A program made the position numbers and the translations under genes. From Candidatus Woesearchaeota archaeon (GTDB taxonomy: Archaea > Nanobdellota > Nanobdellia > Pacearchaeales > GW2011-AR1), in the NCBI GenBank assembly GCA_964639615.1, contig CAZXHH010000003.1, forward strand, positions 18,294 through 82,293: DNA of 64,000 nucleotides. The letters are read 5' to 3'. Positions 34,966-43,490 of the stretch are shown here, one piece after another; position 1 is the stretch's first letter; each line of letters begins with the position of its first letter. Under the pieces are notes generated by a model that had not been told where the DNA came from, ran no database searches, and saw only the letters and a program-made list of their open reading frames with translations.

Positions 34966-36800
34966 TTAAATGTTACCCCCAATTCTTTTGTTTCAAACAA
35001 CAAATAATTTTCTTGTATTTTTTCAAGTGTATCTGGTGATGGAAGACTTTCTGCATTTATTATTAATGTCTTTCCAGAGTTAAGTTTATCTTCACTAAAA
35101 CTAGAATTTACTTTTCCGCCTCCAGCCAAAGCATTTGAAATTATTTGCGCTGGAATCTTAACATCGAAACACTCTTTTTTAGTCAATCCCAAAATTCCTC
35201 CTATTGAAGACTGAGGAACATCAACGCACTGTCTTTCTGAGCTTTCCCCTAATTCTAAACTTGAATTCTTGTAAATATATACTTGAACTTCATACTCTCC
35301 TTCAGCTAATTCGACTTCTTTCTGCTCAGGATATGAAACTACTCTTGAAAAATCATCTGAAGTAAAATAAATTACTGCATTCTTAGCATAATTCTGATTA
35401 TCTAATTTAAGCTGTAGAGGAATTGTGTAAATCTTTGATAGATAAATTGAAACACTTCCTCCATTAACTGTTGAATACAAAACATTTGCTTCTTTATATC
35501 CATCTGCTTTTGCTGTTAAATATCCATTAATACATTGAGGGAAATCATCAGTTAACTTACCTTTTTCAGTTTCTCCTATAAAGCATTCAGTTCCAAGACA
35601 TTCATAAGATACTTGTGCATTTAATGGATTTAAATCAGAATCAAAGACTGCAACATTAACTTGAGTATTTTTTTCTTTACATAATTCGTTATCCCCTAAA
35701 TCTGCTGTTTCTGGATTTGCAGTTTCTCTTGGCATATTTCTTTGTATTATTACTGCTAATGGAAATTGGAATATTTCGTCTTTATCACTAACTTGAACAA
35801 GAATAGGATACTTAACATTGTAAACAAAATGATAAGAAACATAACAAAATCCTAATATTCCTAGTCCTTGCTGATTTCCAACAGGATTTGCAATCATAAC
35901 TCCATTATCTTCAGAAGGTAAAACTTCAAAACTATAAGTCCAATCACGAGAATTTATGAAATTTACTTGATGTTCTGAAGGGATATTTGGCACTCCAACA
36001 TTAAAATATTCATCAACTGAATTTTCATTCTTTAAATTTTGAGTATTCAATTCAATTGCCTCACTTAAATCAGAAAAAATATTATTTGCTCTCCAGACCA
36101 TAGGAGAACAAGTCATTTCAACTCCATCTACAGGAGCATACAATCTAAGTGTATCAATAGCATAATTTTCAAGGAATAATTTTTCCTGTTCATAATTATA
36201 TACCTCTAATGCAGAATCATAAAGAGCTCCCAATTCTGAATTTATAATTATCTTGTGCTCATCTATAGAATAACTTTGCTCTTCATTTCTTGCTGCAAAA
36301 TTCATATTTAAATTAAGAACAATATCATGGGAATTTATTGTTATATCTGAATTAGGTTCATCCATCACAATTTCATAACCTTTATCGTAAAATTCATCAA
36401 ACAAACAATTTCTAACTCTTAATTCAATAAATCTCTCAAGTTGATTTTGCATTTCTTCTTTTGTGGGCACCTGTTCTCTTTCAATATTGTTTCCAGAAAC
36501 ATAATACCAATAAGGAATTGGATTTCCTAAAAAGTTCAATTGAGAACCAAAAGGCATGTATTCTGAACCTGCTTGATATTCTGGTAGATAAATATACCCC
36601 CCTTGGCTTTCAAGCAAATTTGCTCCTAACTCCAAATCTTGTTCAAGACAAGAACTAAATGTTCTATAAACGGGGGTTATCTGAGAAGGCATCCTATTAC
36701 TTTTTATTTCATCCTTAAATGCAAAAACCAAAACTGCTAAGGCTACAATTAATATTGCAATTATAATAAAAACAGTTACTTGCCCCTTTTTATTTATCAT
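34962..36800 (-). CDS. Secreted or membrane-anchored hypothetical protein (~612 aa), operon partner of the giant protein
   Basis: N-terminal signal anchor (QVTVFIIIAILIVALAVLVFAF). The ORF track starts at a TTG (36821), but the ATG at 36800 (MINKKGQVT) has a strong GGGGGAAAAG Shine-Dalgarno-like site. Its stop overlaps the giant gene's start. Confidence 0.6.
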   Translation of the reverse strand: MINKKGQVTVFIIIAILIVALAVLVFAFKDEIKSNRMPSQITPVYRTFSSCLEQDLELGANLLESQGGYIYLPEYQAGSEYMPFGSQLNFLGNPIPYWYYVSGNNIEREQVPTKEEMQNQLERFIELRVRNCLFDEFYDKGYEIVMDEPNSDITINSHDIVLNLNMNFAARNEEQSYSIDEHKIIINSELGALYDSALEVYNYEQEKLFLENYAIDTLRLYAPVDGVEMTCSPMVWRANNIFSDLSEAIELNTQNLKNENSVDEYFNVGVPNIPSEHQVNFINSRDWTYSFEVLPSEDNGVMIANPVGNQQGLGILGFCYVSYHFVYNVKYPILVQVSDKDEIFQFPLAVIIQRNMPRETANPETADLGDNELCKEKNTQVNVAVFDSDLNPLNAQVSYECLGTECFIGETEKGKLTDDFPQCINGYLTAKADGYKEANVLYSTVNGGSVSIYLSKIYTIPLQLKLDNQNYAKNAVIYFTSDDFSRVVSYPEQKEVELAEGEYEVQVYIYKNSSLELGESSERQCVDVPQSSIGGILGLTKKECFDVKIPAQIISNALAGGGKVNSSFSEDKLNSGKTLIINAESLPSPDTLEKIQENYLLFETKELGVTFK

Positions 36801-36930
36801 CTTTTCCCCCTTCCTTTTCAACTTTTTTCTTTATCAATTCTATAATCTCAGTATTAATATCTTTCTCAATAAGATCTTTAAATTTCTTCCAGATTTTTTC
36901 ATCCTCTATTAGAAGCAGGTATTTTTTCAT
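36790..36930 (-). CDS. Small RHH-like protein (46 aa), first gene of the giant-protein operon, not in the ORF track
   Basis: My manual translation gives MKKYLLLIEDEKIWKKFKDLIEKDINTEIIELIKKKVEKEGGKDDK. A GAGGGA RBS lies 6 nt upstream, and the stop overlaps the next ATG (ATGATAAATAA). Confidence 0.35.
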   Translation of the reverse strand: MKKYLLLIEDEKIWKKFKDLIEKDINTEIIELIKKKVEKEGGKDDK

Positions 36931-36980
36931 TTATCCCTCTTTTTACCCCGGTACTTAAGCTAGTAAAGAAAGGTGTGCTA

Positions 36981-36989
36981 TATAAATGT
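36981..36989 (-). promoter_or_regulatory. Putative TATA box of the giant-protein operon
   Basis: ATTTATATA on the minus strand ~50 nt upstream of the small-ORF ATG. This would give a ~25-30-nt leader carrying the GAGGGA RBS. Confidence 0.3.
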
Positions 36990-37158
36990 TTCTTATTAAG
37001 TTAATAAATTACTTACTTAGTTACTAAGTATTTAATAATAATTATATTATTAAGAATTTTTTAAATGTATAAATTAACAGATACTTACAAACAATGAAAT
37101 ACTTATTAGATAACTACAATTTTCAAGAAAACAAACATAAAACTAATAAATTACGAAC

Positions 37159-37371
37159 TTAACCAGTAAATCTTTTCAATCTTAAGAAATTAATTCCGCC
37201 AAGAATCATTAAAATTCCACCAACAAAAATTATCCATTTGTCTATTGTAGCAAAAGCTGCAGGAATTTTTATAAATTGCAATCCAAAATTAATAAAATAT
37301 ACTCCTAATATTAAATACAATACAAAAAATGCTCCACCACCACTTCTTACCATATCTAAAAGAAAGTACAA
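37159..37371 (-). CDS. Small membrane protein
   Basis: 70 aa with two hydrophobic helices and Gly-rich segments. Confidence 0.3.
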   Translation of the reverse strand: MYFLLDMVRSGGGAFFVLYLILGVYFINFGLQFIKIPAAFATIDKWIIFVGGILMILGGINFLRLKRFTG

Positions 37372-37411
37372 GTATATTTAAATATTTCCAAGATTTTTTT
37401 AGAATCTATTA

Positions 37412-37483
37412 GGTCCCATAGTCCAATGGCTAAGACGTGTCCTTGACGTGGACAAGATCCAGGTCCGATTCCTGGTGGGACCA
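37412..37483 (+). tRNA. tRNA-Val (GAC)
   Basis: Acceptor GGTCCCA/TGGGACC, anticodon stem TGTCC/GGACA with loop TTGACGT, and T-arm CCAGG-TCCGATT-CCTGG. Oligo-T follows. Confidence 0.75.
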
Positions 37484-37484
37484 T

Positions 37485-37751
37485 TTAGTTTTTCCCACCT
37501 TTACTCTGTCCCCAATGTTCATCTAAAACCTGAATATCAAACTCCTTCTTATTTAATCCACTTACTTCTAACAATTCATTAAACAATTCTTCAGAAATGC
37601 ACCTTTCTTCTACAAAATAATTCTTTAATGTAGAATAATTCAAATTCAATCTGTTTCCAAGTTCCCTTAGAGAAGGGCAATTTATCTTTTCAAGTACATT
37701 CTGGATAAATTTTCTTTGCTCTCCCTGCTTAAACTTAATTCTATTAGGCAT
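37485..37751 (-). CDS. Small HTH-like protein
   Basis: 88 aa. LRELGNRLNLNYSTLKNYF resembles a helix-turn-helix. It lies directly next to tRNA-Val at the edge of the giant-protein island. Confidence 0.3.
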   Translation of the reverse strand: MPNRIKFKQGEQRKFIQNVLEKINCPSLRELGNRLNLNYSTLKNYFVEERCISEELFNELLEVSGLNKKEFDIQVLDEHWGQSKGGKN

Positions 37752-37811
37752 ATACTAACTGCGGGACCACAATATAAAAAACTTTTTAAACCAACTTAAA
37801 CACACAATCTT

Positions 37812-38123
37812 ATGAAAATTCCTAAAGTAACAAAAAGGTTTTGCCCTTATTGTAAAAAAAAGACAGAACAAAAAATAAAATTAGTAGGTACAGGTTTCCA
37901 GAGAGGAACACTAACTAGAGGATCAAAATACAGAGCTAAATTAAGAGGCTTAGGAAGAGGAATTGGAAATAAAGGAAAATGGGGCTCTAAACCTGCAGCT
38001 TCAAAATTCAAAAGAAAATCAAAAACAACTAAAAAGACAAATATAATGTATACTTGTAAAGTATGCAATAAGTCAAAATACCAGAAAAAAGGTATAAGAT
38101 TGTCAAAACAAATACAGGAGTAA
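37812..38123 (+). CDS. rpl44e: 50S ribosomal protein L44e
   Basis: C4 zinc ribbon (CPYCKKKT...CKVCNK), basic composition, and ~100 aa. Confidence 0.7.
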   Translation: MKIPKVTKRFCPYCKKKTEQKIKLVGTGFQRGTLTRGSKYRAKLRGLGRGIGNKGKWGSKPAASKFKRKSKTTKKTNIMYTCKVCNKSKYQKKGIRLSKQIQE

Positions 38124-38132
38124 ATAATAAAC

Positions 38133-38747
38133 ATGGCACAACAAAAAAAGAAAAAAAGATTTTTCGATGTAGATATGCCAATAATAAGCAAACAAACTCA
38201 ATTGTTAGCTTTTGAACTTCCAGAGCTAGAAGGAAAATATATCAAATACGATTTGACAAGAATATTGAGAGGAAAAAGCATTCTTTTACAACTTAAAGTT
38301 TCTGTAAATGAACAAGAACATAAGGCTACAGCAACTCCAAGAGGAATAGTTCTAATGCCTTACTTTTTAAGAAGAATGATTAGAAAAGGAACAGATTATG
38401 TTGAAGATTCTTTTACTGCTGAAAGTAAAAACGCTGTTGTTAAAATAAAACCTTTCTTAATTACAAGAAGAAAAGTTTCAAACAGAGTTAGAAGAGGATT
38501 AAGAGATAAAGCAAAAGAAGAATTAAAAAAATACATTAAAGAAAAAAATACAGAAAGATTATTTGAAGAGATTTTAAAGAACAAATTACAAAAAGAATTA
38601 AGTTCAACTTTGAAAAAGATTTATCCTCTTTCTCTTTGTGAAATAAAATCTTTTGAAATAGAAAAAGATTTAGAAATTAAAGAAGTTGCTCCAAAGAAAG
38701 TTGAAAAAAAGGCTAAAGAAGAATCTTCTGAAAAAACAAAAGAGTAA
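38133..38747 (+). CDS. rps3ae: 30S ribosomal protein S3Ae
   Basis: About 204 aa. The C-terminal KKIYPLSLCEIKSFEI matches the S3Ae KIYPLRRVEIRK block, and the N-terminal half has a basic KKKKRFFDVDMP start. Confidence 0.65.
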   Translation: MAQQKKKKRFFDVDMPIISKQTQLLAFELPELEGKYIKYDLTRILRGKSILLQLKVSVNEQEHKATATPRGIVLMPYFLRRMIRKGTDYVEDSFTAESKNAVVKIKPFLITRRKVSNRVRRGLRDKAKEELKKYIKEKNTERLFEEILKNKLQKELSSTLKKIYPLSLCEIKSFEIEKDLEIKEVAPKKVEKKAKEESSEKTKE

Positions 38748-38814
38748 TATTTCTTACTGGGTTATAATTAACAACAAATCTTTTAAATCATTAATTCATG
38801 AAATTTCTATATAC

Positions 38815-38886
38815 GCCTGTATAGCTCAGTGATAGAGCAACTCACTTGTAATGAGTAGGTCGGGGGTTTGAATCCCTCTACAGGCT
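38815..38886 (+). tRNA. tRNA-Thr (TGT)
   Basis: Acceptor GCCTGTA/TACAGGC, D-arm GCTC-AGTGATA-GAGC, anticodon stem ACTCA/TGAGT with loop CTTGTAA, and a TTTGAAT T-loop. Confidence 0.75.
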
Positions 38887-38942
38887 TTTGATTCTTTTAG
38901 GGCCCTCATAAAATTTAAATAAAACAAGATTCATATTATAGG

Positions 38943-39491
38943 ATGAAAGGATGGGGTCATTTTTCAATTTCATTAATTATCATCTTTCTTTCATTTCTTC
39001 TTTTAATGAATCAAATCGATTTACATAAATTATCTAATCCGGGATTTTTCATTTTTATTTCTATATTCCTTTTTCTCTTAGGATCTTTACTTCCAGATTC
39101 GGATTCAAACAACAAAGGATCTCTTATTTTTGTATTTGTTCCTGCGGTATCAAAAAAGAAGCACAAAGAAACGGATAAACAAATAGGTCAAATTATTTTA
39201 ATCATTTTGGGAATAATAATGTTTCCTATTGCACTTATAACAAATCAATTAGAAAAAATAATAATGAAATATACTAAAAGAAAAAGAGGGCACAGGGAAT
39301 CTTTACACACTCTTTTTGGAATAATAATTATATCTCTATTCTGGGGGATTATCTTTAATATATTATTTTTCTGTATAACAAAATCACAAGATTATTTTTT
39401 AATACCAATATTTCCAATATTATTATTTTTTAGTCAATTTTTACACCTATTAGAAGATTTACAAAAAGATTGGAAAATTAAATGGAAATAA
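38943..39491 (+). CDS. Polytopic membrane protein, possibly a DUF457/YdjM-like membrane-bound metal-dependent hydrolase
   Basis: 182 aa with ~5 TM helices and conserved His residues (GWGHF, RGHRESLHTLFG). The family assignment is tentative. Confidence 0.3.
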   Translation: MKGWGHFSISLIIIFLSFLLLMNQIDLHKLSNPGFFIFISIFLFLLGSLLPDSDSNNKGSLIFVFVPAVSKKKHKETDKQIGQIILIILGIIMFPIALITNQLEKIIMKYTKRKRGHRESLHTLFGIIIISLFWGIIFNILFFCITKSQDYFLIPIFPILLFFSQFLHLLEDLQKDWKIKWK

Positions 39492-39494
39492 TTC

Positions 39495-39821
39495 TCATTT
39501 CAACTTAACAGCAGTACCATAAGATAAAATCTCTGCAGAAGCTTGCATAACTGTAGAACTGGTAAATCTAAACCCAATAATTGCGTCTGCCCCCATCTTT
39601 ATTGCATCATTTACCATCCTGTTAAATGATTCATCTCTGGATTGGGCAGTCATTTCAGTATAAGTTCTAATTTCTCCCCCCATCAAATTCTTAAATCCAG
39701 CAGCAATATCTCTTCCAAGATTTCTTGATCTAACAGTATTACCTCTTGCAATTCCCAATACTTTTGAGATTTTTCTGCCAGGAACATCAAAAGCAGTTGT
39801 TACAATTATTTCTTTAGCCAT
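39495..39821 (-). CDS. YbjQ/UPF0145-family protein
   Basis: IIVTTAFDVPGRKISKVLGIARGNTVRSRNLGRDIAAGFKNLMGGEI...AIIGFRF matches the UPF0145 (DUF74) consensus. Confidence 0.65.
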   Translation of the reverse strand: MAKEIIVTTAFDVPGRKISKVLGIARGNTVRSRNLGRDIAAGFKNLMGGEIRTYTEMTAQSRDESFNRMVNDAIKMGADAIIGFRFTSSTVMQASAEILSYGTAVKLK

Positions 39822-39822
39822 A

Positions 39823-40023
39823 TTATTTTCTATACCTCTTTTCTTTTAAATCCTTTCTCTTTTCAATTTTATCTTCATGCTTATTAAACAAGATTAATAA
39901 TCCTAAAACAAAAAGAATAATTCCATAAAATACAAACCACCAAGCAGTAGAAATTGCTAAAATAATAAAAATTATTCCAATTATTAATAAAAATAACCCT
40001 GTAATTAATCTACCCAAATTCAT
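39823..40023 (-). CDS. Small membrane protein
   Basis: 66 aa with two TM helices and a basic tail. Confidence 0.3.
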   Translation of the reverse strand: MNLGRLITGLFLLIIGIIFIILAISTAWWFVFYGIILFVLGLLILFNKHEDKIEKRKDLKEKRYRK

Positions 40024-40054
40024 ATTTTATAAAAGATTGGAAAGTTAATAAAAT

Positions 40055-40627
40055 TTACTTTTCAATAATCTGGGCCTTCCCGCCATCAGATAAAATTTTG
40101 GCAATTTCCTTGGGGATATTTGCTATATCTCCTTTTATATATGGGCCCATTTTATCTCCCTCTACCCCTAAAAATTCTTCAACATCCTCTAAGAATACAA
40201 TTAAATCATTATTCCTCACAACTTCTTCTCCCTTTCCGCCATTAAAAGATTCATTCAATTTTTTTTCTGATGCATCCATACAATTCATCAATTCCTGAAA
40301 CAAATCCTTTTCAATTGAAAGCATATTTTCAAAATCCTGCTTTGAAATTCCAGTTTCTGTTGCAACAAGAACAAGATTCAAAATTTTCTTTCTTCTTCTT
40401 ATAATTAATTCCTTAAATAGGGTGGTTGCATTTTCAAGTTGCTTTTTAGTTTTAATAATCACATCAGAAAAATCTTCACTATCTTTAGATATAACTTCTT
40501 TCTTCTCCTTCATATACTTTGAAACTTCAGAGACAAAATTTTTTGGAATTTGCTGTAATTGCTCAGAATATCTCTCCTTTCTTGCTGCTTCATAAATATC
40601 ATTATAAGTTATCATCAAATAAATCAA
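40055..40627 (-). CDS. gins51: GINS complex subunit Gins51 (Gins15)
   Basis: N-terminus ITYNDIYEAARKERYSEQLQQIPKNFVSEV matches the archaeal Gins51 start pattern (YEELxxxWxxExxSxELQxLPxDFY). At ~190 aa it has a helical N-domain and a beta C-domain. Confidence 0.55.
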   Translation of the reverse strand: MIYLMITYNDIYEAARKERYSEQLQQIPKNFVSEVSKYMKEKKEVISKDSEDFSDVIIKTKKQLENATTLFKELIIRRRKKILNLVLVATETGISKQDFENMLSIEKDLFQELMNCMDASEKKLNESFNGGKGEEVVRNNDLIVFLEDVEEFLGVEGDKMGPYIKGDIANIPKEIAKILSDGGKAQIIEK

Positions 40628-40666
40628 GAAACAATGTTTTTAATAATTGTTGTAATTATATTGCAA

Positions 40667-40984
40667 TTATATAGAAATAGCTTCTTCATTTAGTAATGCT
40701 TGATATTCAAAATAATGCGTTAGATACATTCTTGCATTATGCATCTCCATATCTTTTGGATTGGAAGAGCTAAACATAGGGCTTCCTGCTTTTTTATTTA
40801 TAAAATAACTTTCAATCTGAATTAATGTAAATTCCCTGCCGTCAGGAAGAATAACTTTATCTCCAAAAACTCCAAATCCAAGCTCTTCTAATTTTTTACA
40901 CTTTTCAATTTTATCTTTTTGAAATAATTCGTCTTTTACTCCATTTGTCCAGAAAAATTTTGTTAATCCTCCTTCACTGTCCAT
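40667..40984 (-). CDS. Hypothetical protein
   Basis: 105-aa ORF in the same operon orientation as gins51. I recognise no family. Confidence 0.3.
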   Translation of the reverse strand: MDSEGGLTKFFWTNGVKDELFQKDKIEKCKKLEELGFGVFGDKVILPDGREFTLIQIESYFINKKAGSPMFSSSNPKDMEMHNARMYLTHYFEYQALLNEEAISI

Positions 40985-40997
40985 ATCTTCCTCCAGA

Positions 40998-41396
40998 TTA
41001 TAAATCGATAACTCCTTCTTTAGTCAATGCAGCAAATCTTATTCCAACAGGAAGATTAATCAAAGCAGAAATTAAAGCCATATGTTCTTTACCATCCCCA
41101 CTTGCAATAGACAATGCAACTTCAGTTCCATTAATTTTTCCCTTCAATTTTTTTTGAAATTCCTCTTTAAGCTCTTTAATTTTAGCCTGCAAATCGATTT
41201 TTATGAATTCAAATTTTTTCTCATGAGTAAATCCAGTACCAAACTCATCGCCAAGAACAATTATGTTATCCCATTCACCATGTTTCATTAATCCTGAAAC
41301 CTGTCCCCAACTTCCTTTCCCAGAAGATAATAATGCAACTAGCTCCATAGCACAAAAACCTAAACTCAATTTATAAGCATTATTGTAATATTTCAT
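40998..41396 (-). CDS. Hypothetical protein
   Basis: 132-aa ORF. I recognise no family. Confidence 0.3.
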   Translation of the reverse strand: MKYYNNAYKLSLGFCAMELVALLSSGKGSWGQVSGLMKHGEWDNIIVLGDEFGTGFTHEKKFEFIKIDLQAKIKELKEEFQKKLKGKINGTEVALSIASGDGKEHMALISALINLPVGIRFAALTKEGVIDL

Positions 41397-41475
41397 ATAC
41401 CCTAAGGTTTAAAAACTCGAAAAAACATAAAAAATCAGCCGATTGAACCATATCGTTGCAAAATAAGTTCTATGT

Positions 41476-42144
41476 TTGTGGCGAATAATGTGGGAGGCTA
41501 AAAACACGAAAATGGCAGAATTAGAAGACCAGTTAAAGAAAGGTTTAACTGAACTAAGAAAAGAAAAGCAAAGAAAATTTGATCAGACAGTTGACTTAAT
41601 TGTAAATCTTCAAAAATTTGATGTTAAAAAAAGCAATGTAAATCTATTTGTGAGTATACCTCATAAAGTTAAAGAAAAGAAAATTGCAGGATTCTTAGAA
41701 ATTAAAAATCCAAATGTAGATACAATAACTCCAGATGAATTCAAAAAATATACTGCTAAAGGAGCCTTAAAAGGATTAGTAAACAAATATGATTTCTTTA
41801 TTTCACAGGCAAGTCTAATGCCAAGTGTAGCTACTTCATTCGGTAGAGCACTTGGTCCAACAGGAAAAATGCCTTCTCCACAACTAGGAATTTTAATGAA
41901 TGCTGATGAAAAAACATTAAAAGAATTAAAAAATAAAATCAATACAAGTGTAAAAATCAAAGTTAAAGAACCAAGCATTAAAATTTCAATTGGAAAACAA
42001 AGTATGAAAGATGATGAAATTATTGAAAATATAATGACTGTTTATTCTACACTTCTTAAAACACTTCCAAGAAACAAAGAAAATGTGAAAAATATTGAAA
42101 TAAAATTCACTATGACTAAACCCTATAAAGTTACAATAAAATAA
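41476..42144 (+). CDS. rpl1: 50S ribosomal protein L1
   Basis: Carries KRKFDQTVDLIVNLQKFD and GKMPSPQLGIL, both L1 signatures. The true start is probably the MAELEDQ Met at 41512. Confidence 0.85.
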   Translation: MWRIMWEAKNTKMAELEDQLKKGLTELRKEKQRKFDQTVDLIVNLQKFDVKKSNVNLFVSIPHKVKEKKIAGFLEIKNPNVDTITPDEFKKYTAKGALKGLVNKYDFFISQASLMPSVATSFGRALGPTGKMPSPQLGILMNADEKTLKELKNKINTSVKIKVKEPSIKISIGKQSMKDDEIIENIMTVYSTLLKTLPRNKENVKNIEIKFTMTKPYKVTIK

Positions 42145-42145
42145 A

Positions 42146-43009
42146 ATGAAAACAAAAACTGACACAATCAAAAAAACAAAACCAGTAAAAGGTTCAAAAA
42201 CTGCACACGTTTCAGATAGAAAGAAAAAGGCAGTTACAGAATTAACAAAACTTATTCAAGAAAAGAAAACTCTCTTAATTGCATCAATAAAGAACATTCC
42301 TGGCTCACAATTTCAAGAGATAGTTAAAAAATTAAGAGGAAAAGCAGTTGTTAAAGTCCCAAAGAAAAATTTAATGATTAAAGCAATTGATTCTTCAAAA
42401 GATGAAGAGATAAGAAAATTAAAAGAAAGCATAACAAGTGATTTTGCAATTCTATTCTCAGATCTTGACTGTTTCGAACTTGCAATTGATTTAATAAGAA
42501 AAAAAAGCCCTGCAAAAGCAAAGGTTGGACAAATAGCTCCAGAAGATATAGAAATTCCAGCAGGACCAACAGATTTAGTTCCAGGACCAGCAATTAGTGA
42601 ATTGGGTGCATTAGGAATACAAATTCAAATTGAAGGTGGAAAAATTACAATCAAAGCTCCTAAAGTAATTGCAAAAAAAGATACAAAAATTACTCAACAA
42701 GCTGCAGATATGATGAGTAAACTTGATATCAAACCATTTTCAATAGGATTAATTCCTGTAGCAGCTTTTGATAATTTAACAAAAACATTATACCCTGTAA
42801 TTGATATTCAACCTGAAAAGACTCTTGAAGATTTAAAATATGCATTCGGAAAAGCATTGCCATTCGCTGTTCAGATTGGTTATACTACACCGGATACAAT
42901 AACTTTCTTAATTGGAAAAGCAGGAAGACAAAAATTAGCAATTGAAAACTTAATGAACAAATCATCATCTAATACTCCTGAAGTAAATTCTGAAGGAGAA
43001 GGAAATTAA
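42146..43009 (+). CDS. rpl10: 50S ribosomal protein L10 (P0)
   Basis: P0 N-domain ([39 protein letters not shown]). It sits in the canonical L1-P0-P1 order. Confidence 0.85.
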   Translation: MKTKTDTIKKTKPVKGSKTAHVSDRKKKAVTELTKLIQEKKTLLIASIKNIPGSQFQEIVKKLRGKAVVKVPKKNLMIKAIDSSKDEEIRKLKESITSDFAILFSDLDCFELAIDLIRKKSPAKAKVGQIAPEDIEIPAGPTDLVPGPAISELGALGIQIQIEGGKITIKAPKVIAKKDTKITQQAADMMSKLDIKPFSIGLIPVAAFDNLTKTLYPVIDIQPEKTLEDLKYAFGKALPFAVQIGYTTPDTITFLIGKAGRQKLAIENLMNKSSSNTPEVNSEGEGN

Positions 43010-43010
43010 A

Positions 43011-43301
43011 ATGGAATACATATATGCGGCACTTTTGTTGCACAAACTTGGAAAAGAAGTTAATGAAAAGAATGTAAAAAGTGTTGTTGTAGCTGCTGGC
43101 GGAGAAGCGGACGATTCAAAAATCAAATCGCTTGTCGCTAGTTTAAATGGTGTAGACATTGCAAATGAATTGGCTAATGCTAGTTTAGTTGCTGCTGCTC
43201 CTGCTGGAGGATCTGCTCCTGCTGAAGCAAAGAAAGAAGAAGCACCTAAAGAAGAGAAACACGAAGCTGCAGCAGAGGGACTTAGTGCACTTTTCGGTTA
43301 A
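43011..43301 (+). CDS. rpl12: 50S ribosomal stalk protein P1 (L12)
   Basis: Starts [11 protein letters not shown] and has an Ala/Glu/Lys-rich hinge ending GLSALFG. Confidence 0.85.
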   Translation: MEYIYAALLLHKLGKEVNEKNVKSVVVAAGGEADDSKIKSLVASLNGVDIANELANASLVAAAPAGGSAPAEAKKEEAPKEEKHEAAAEGLSALFG

Positions 43302-43490
43302 ATTTAAATTTTTTTAAAAGTAACTAAGCACCCTTTACACTTTTCTAGTTTCACAAACTTCAAAGAAGGATTAACGGCAAGCATAAATGTATTTTTATTT
43401 ATCTTATAATTTAAATCAATTTAGTTAAGTCGAAGATTCATCAATTAACTGTTTTTATTGATAACTTGATTAATATAAAAAAGAATAACT

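Noticed and set aside
38133-38747. Expectation of S27e after L44e (the usual archaeal rpl44e-rps27e pair)
   Set aside because: The downstream ORF is 204 aa, has no C4 zinc finger, and carries the KIYPL...EI block of S3Ae. It was called S3Ae, and S27e is not in this window.
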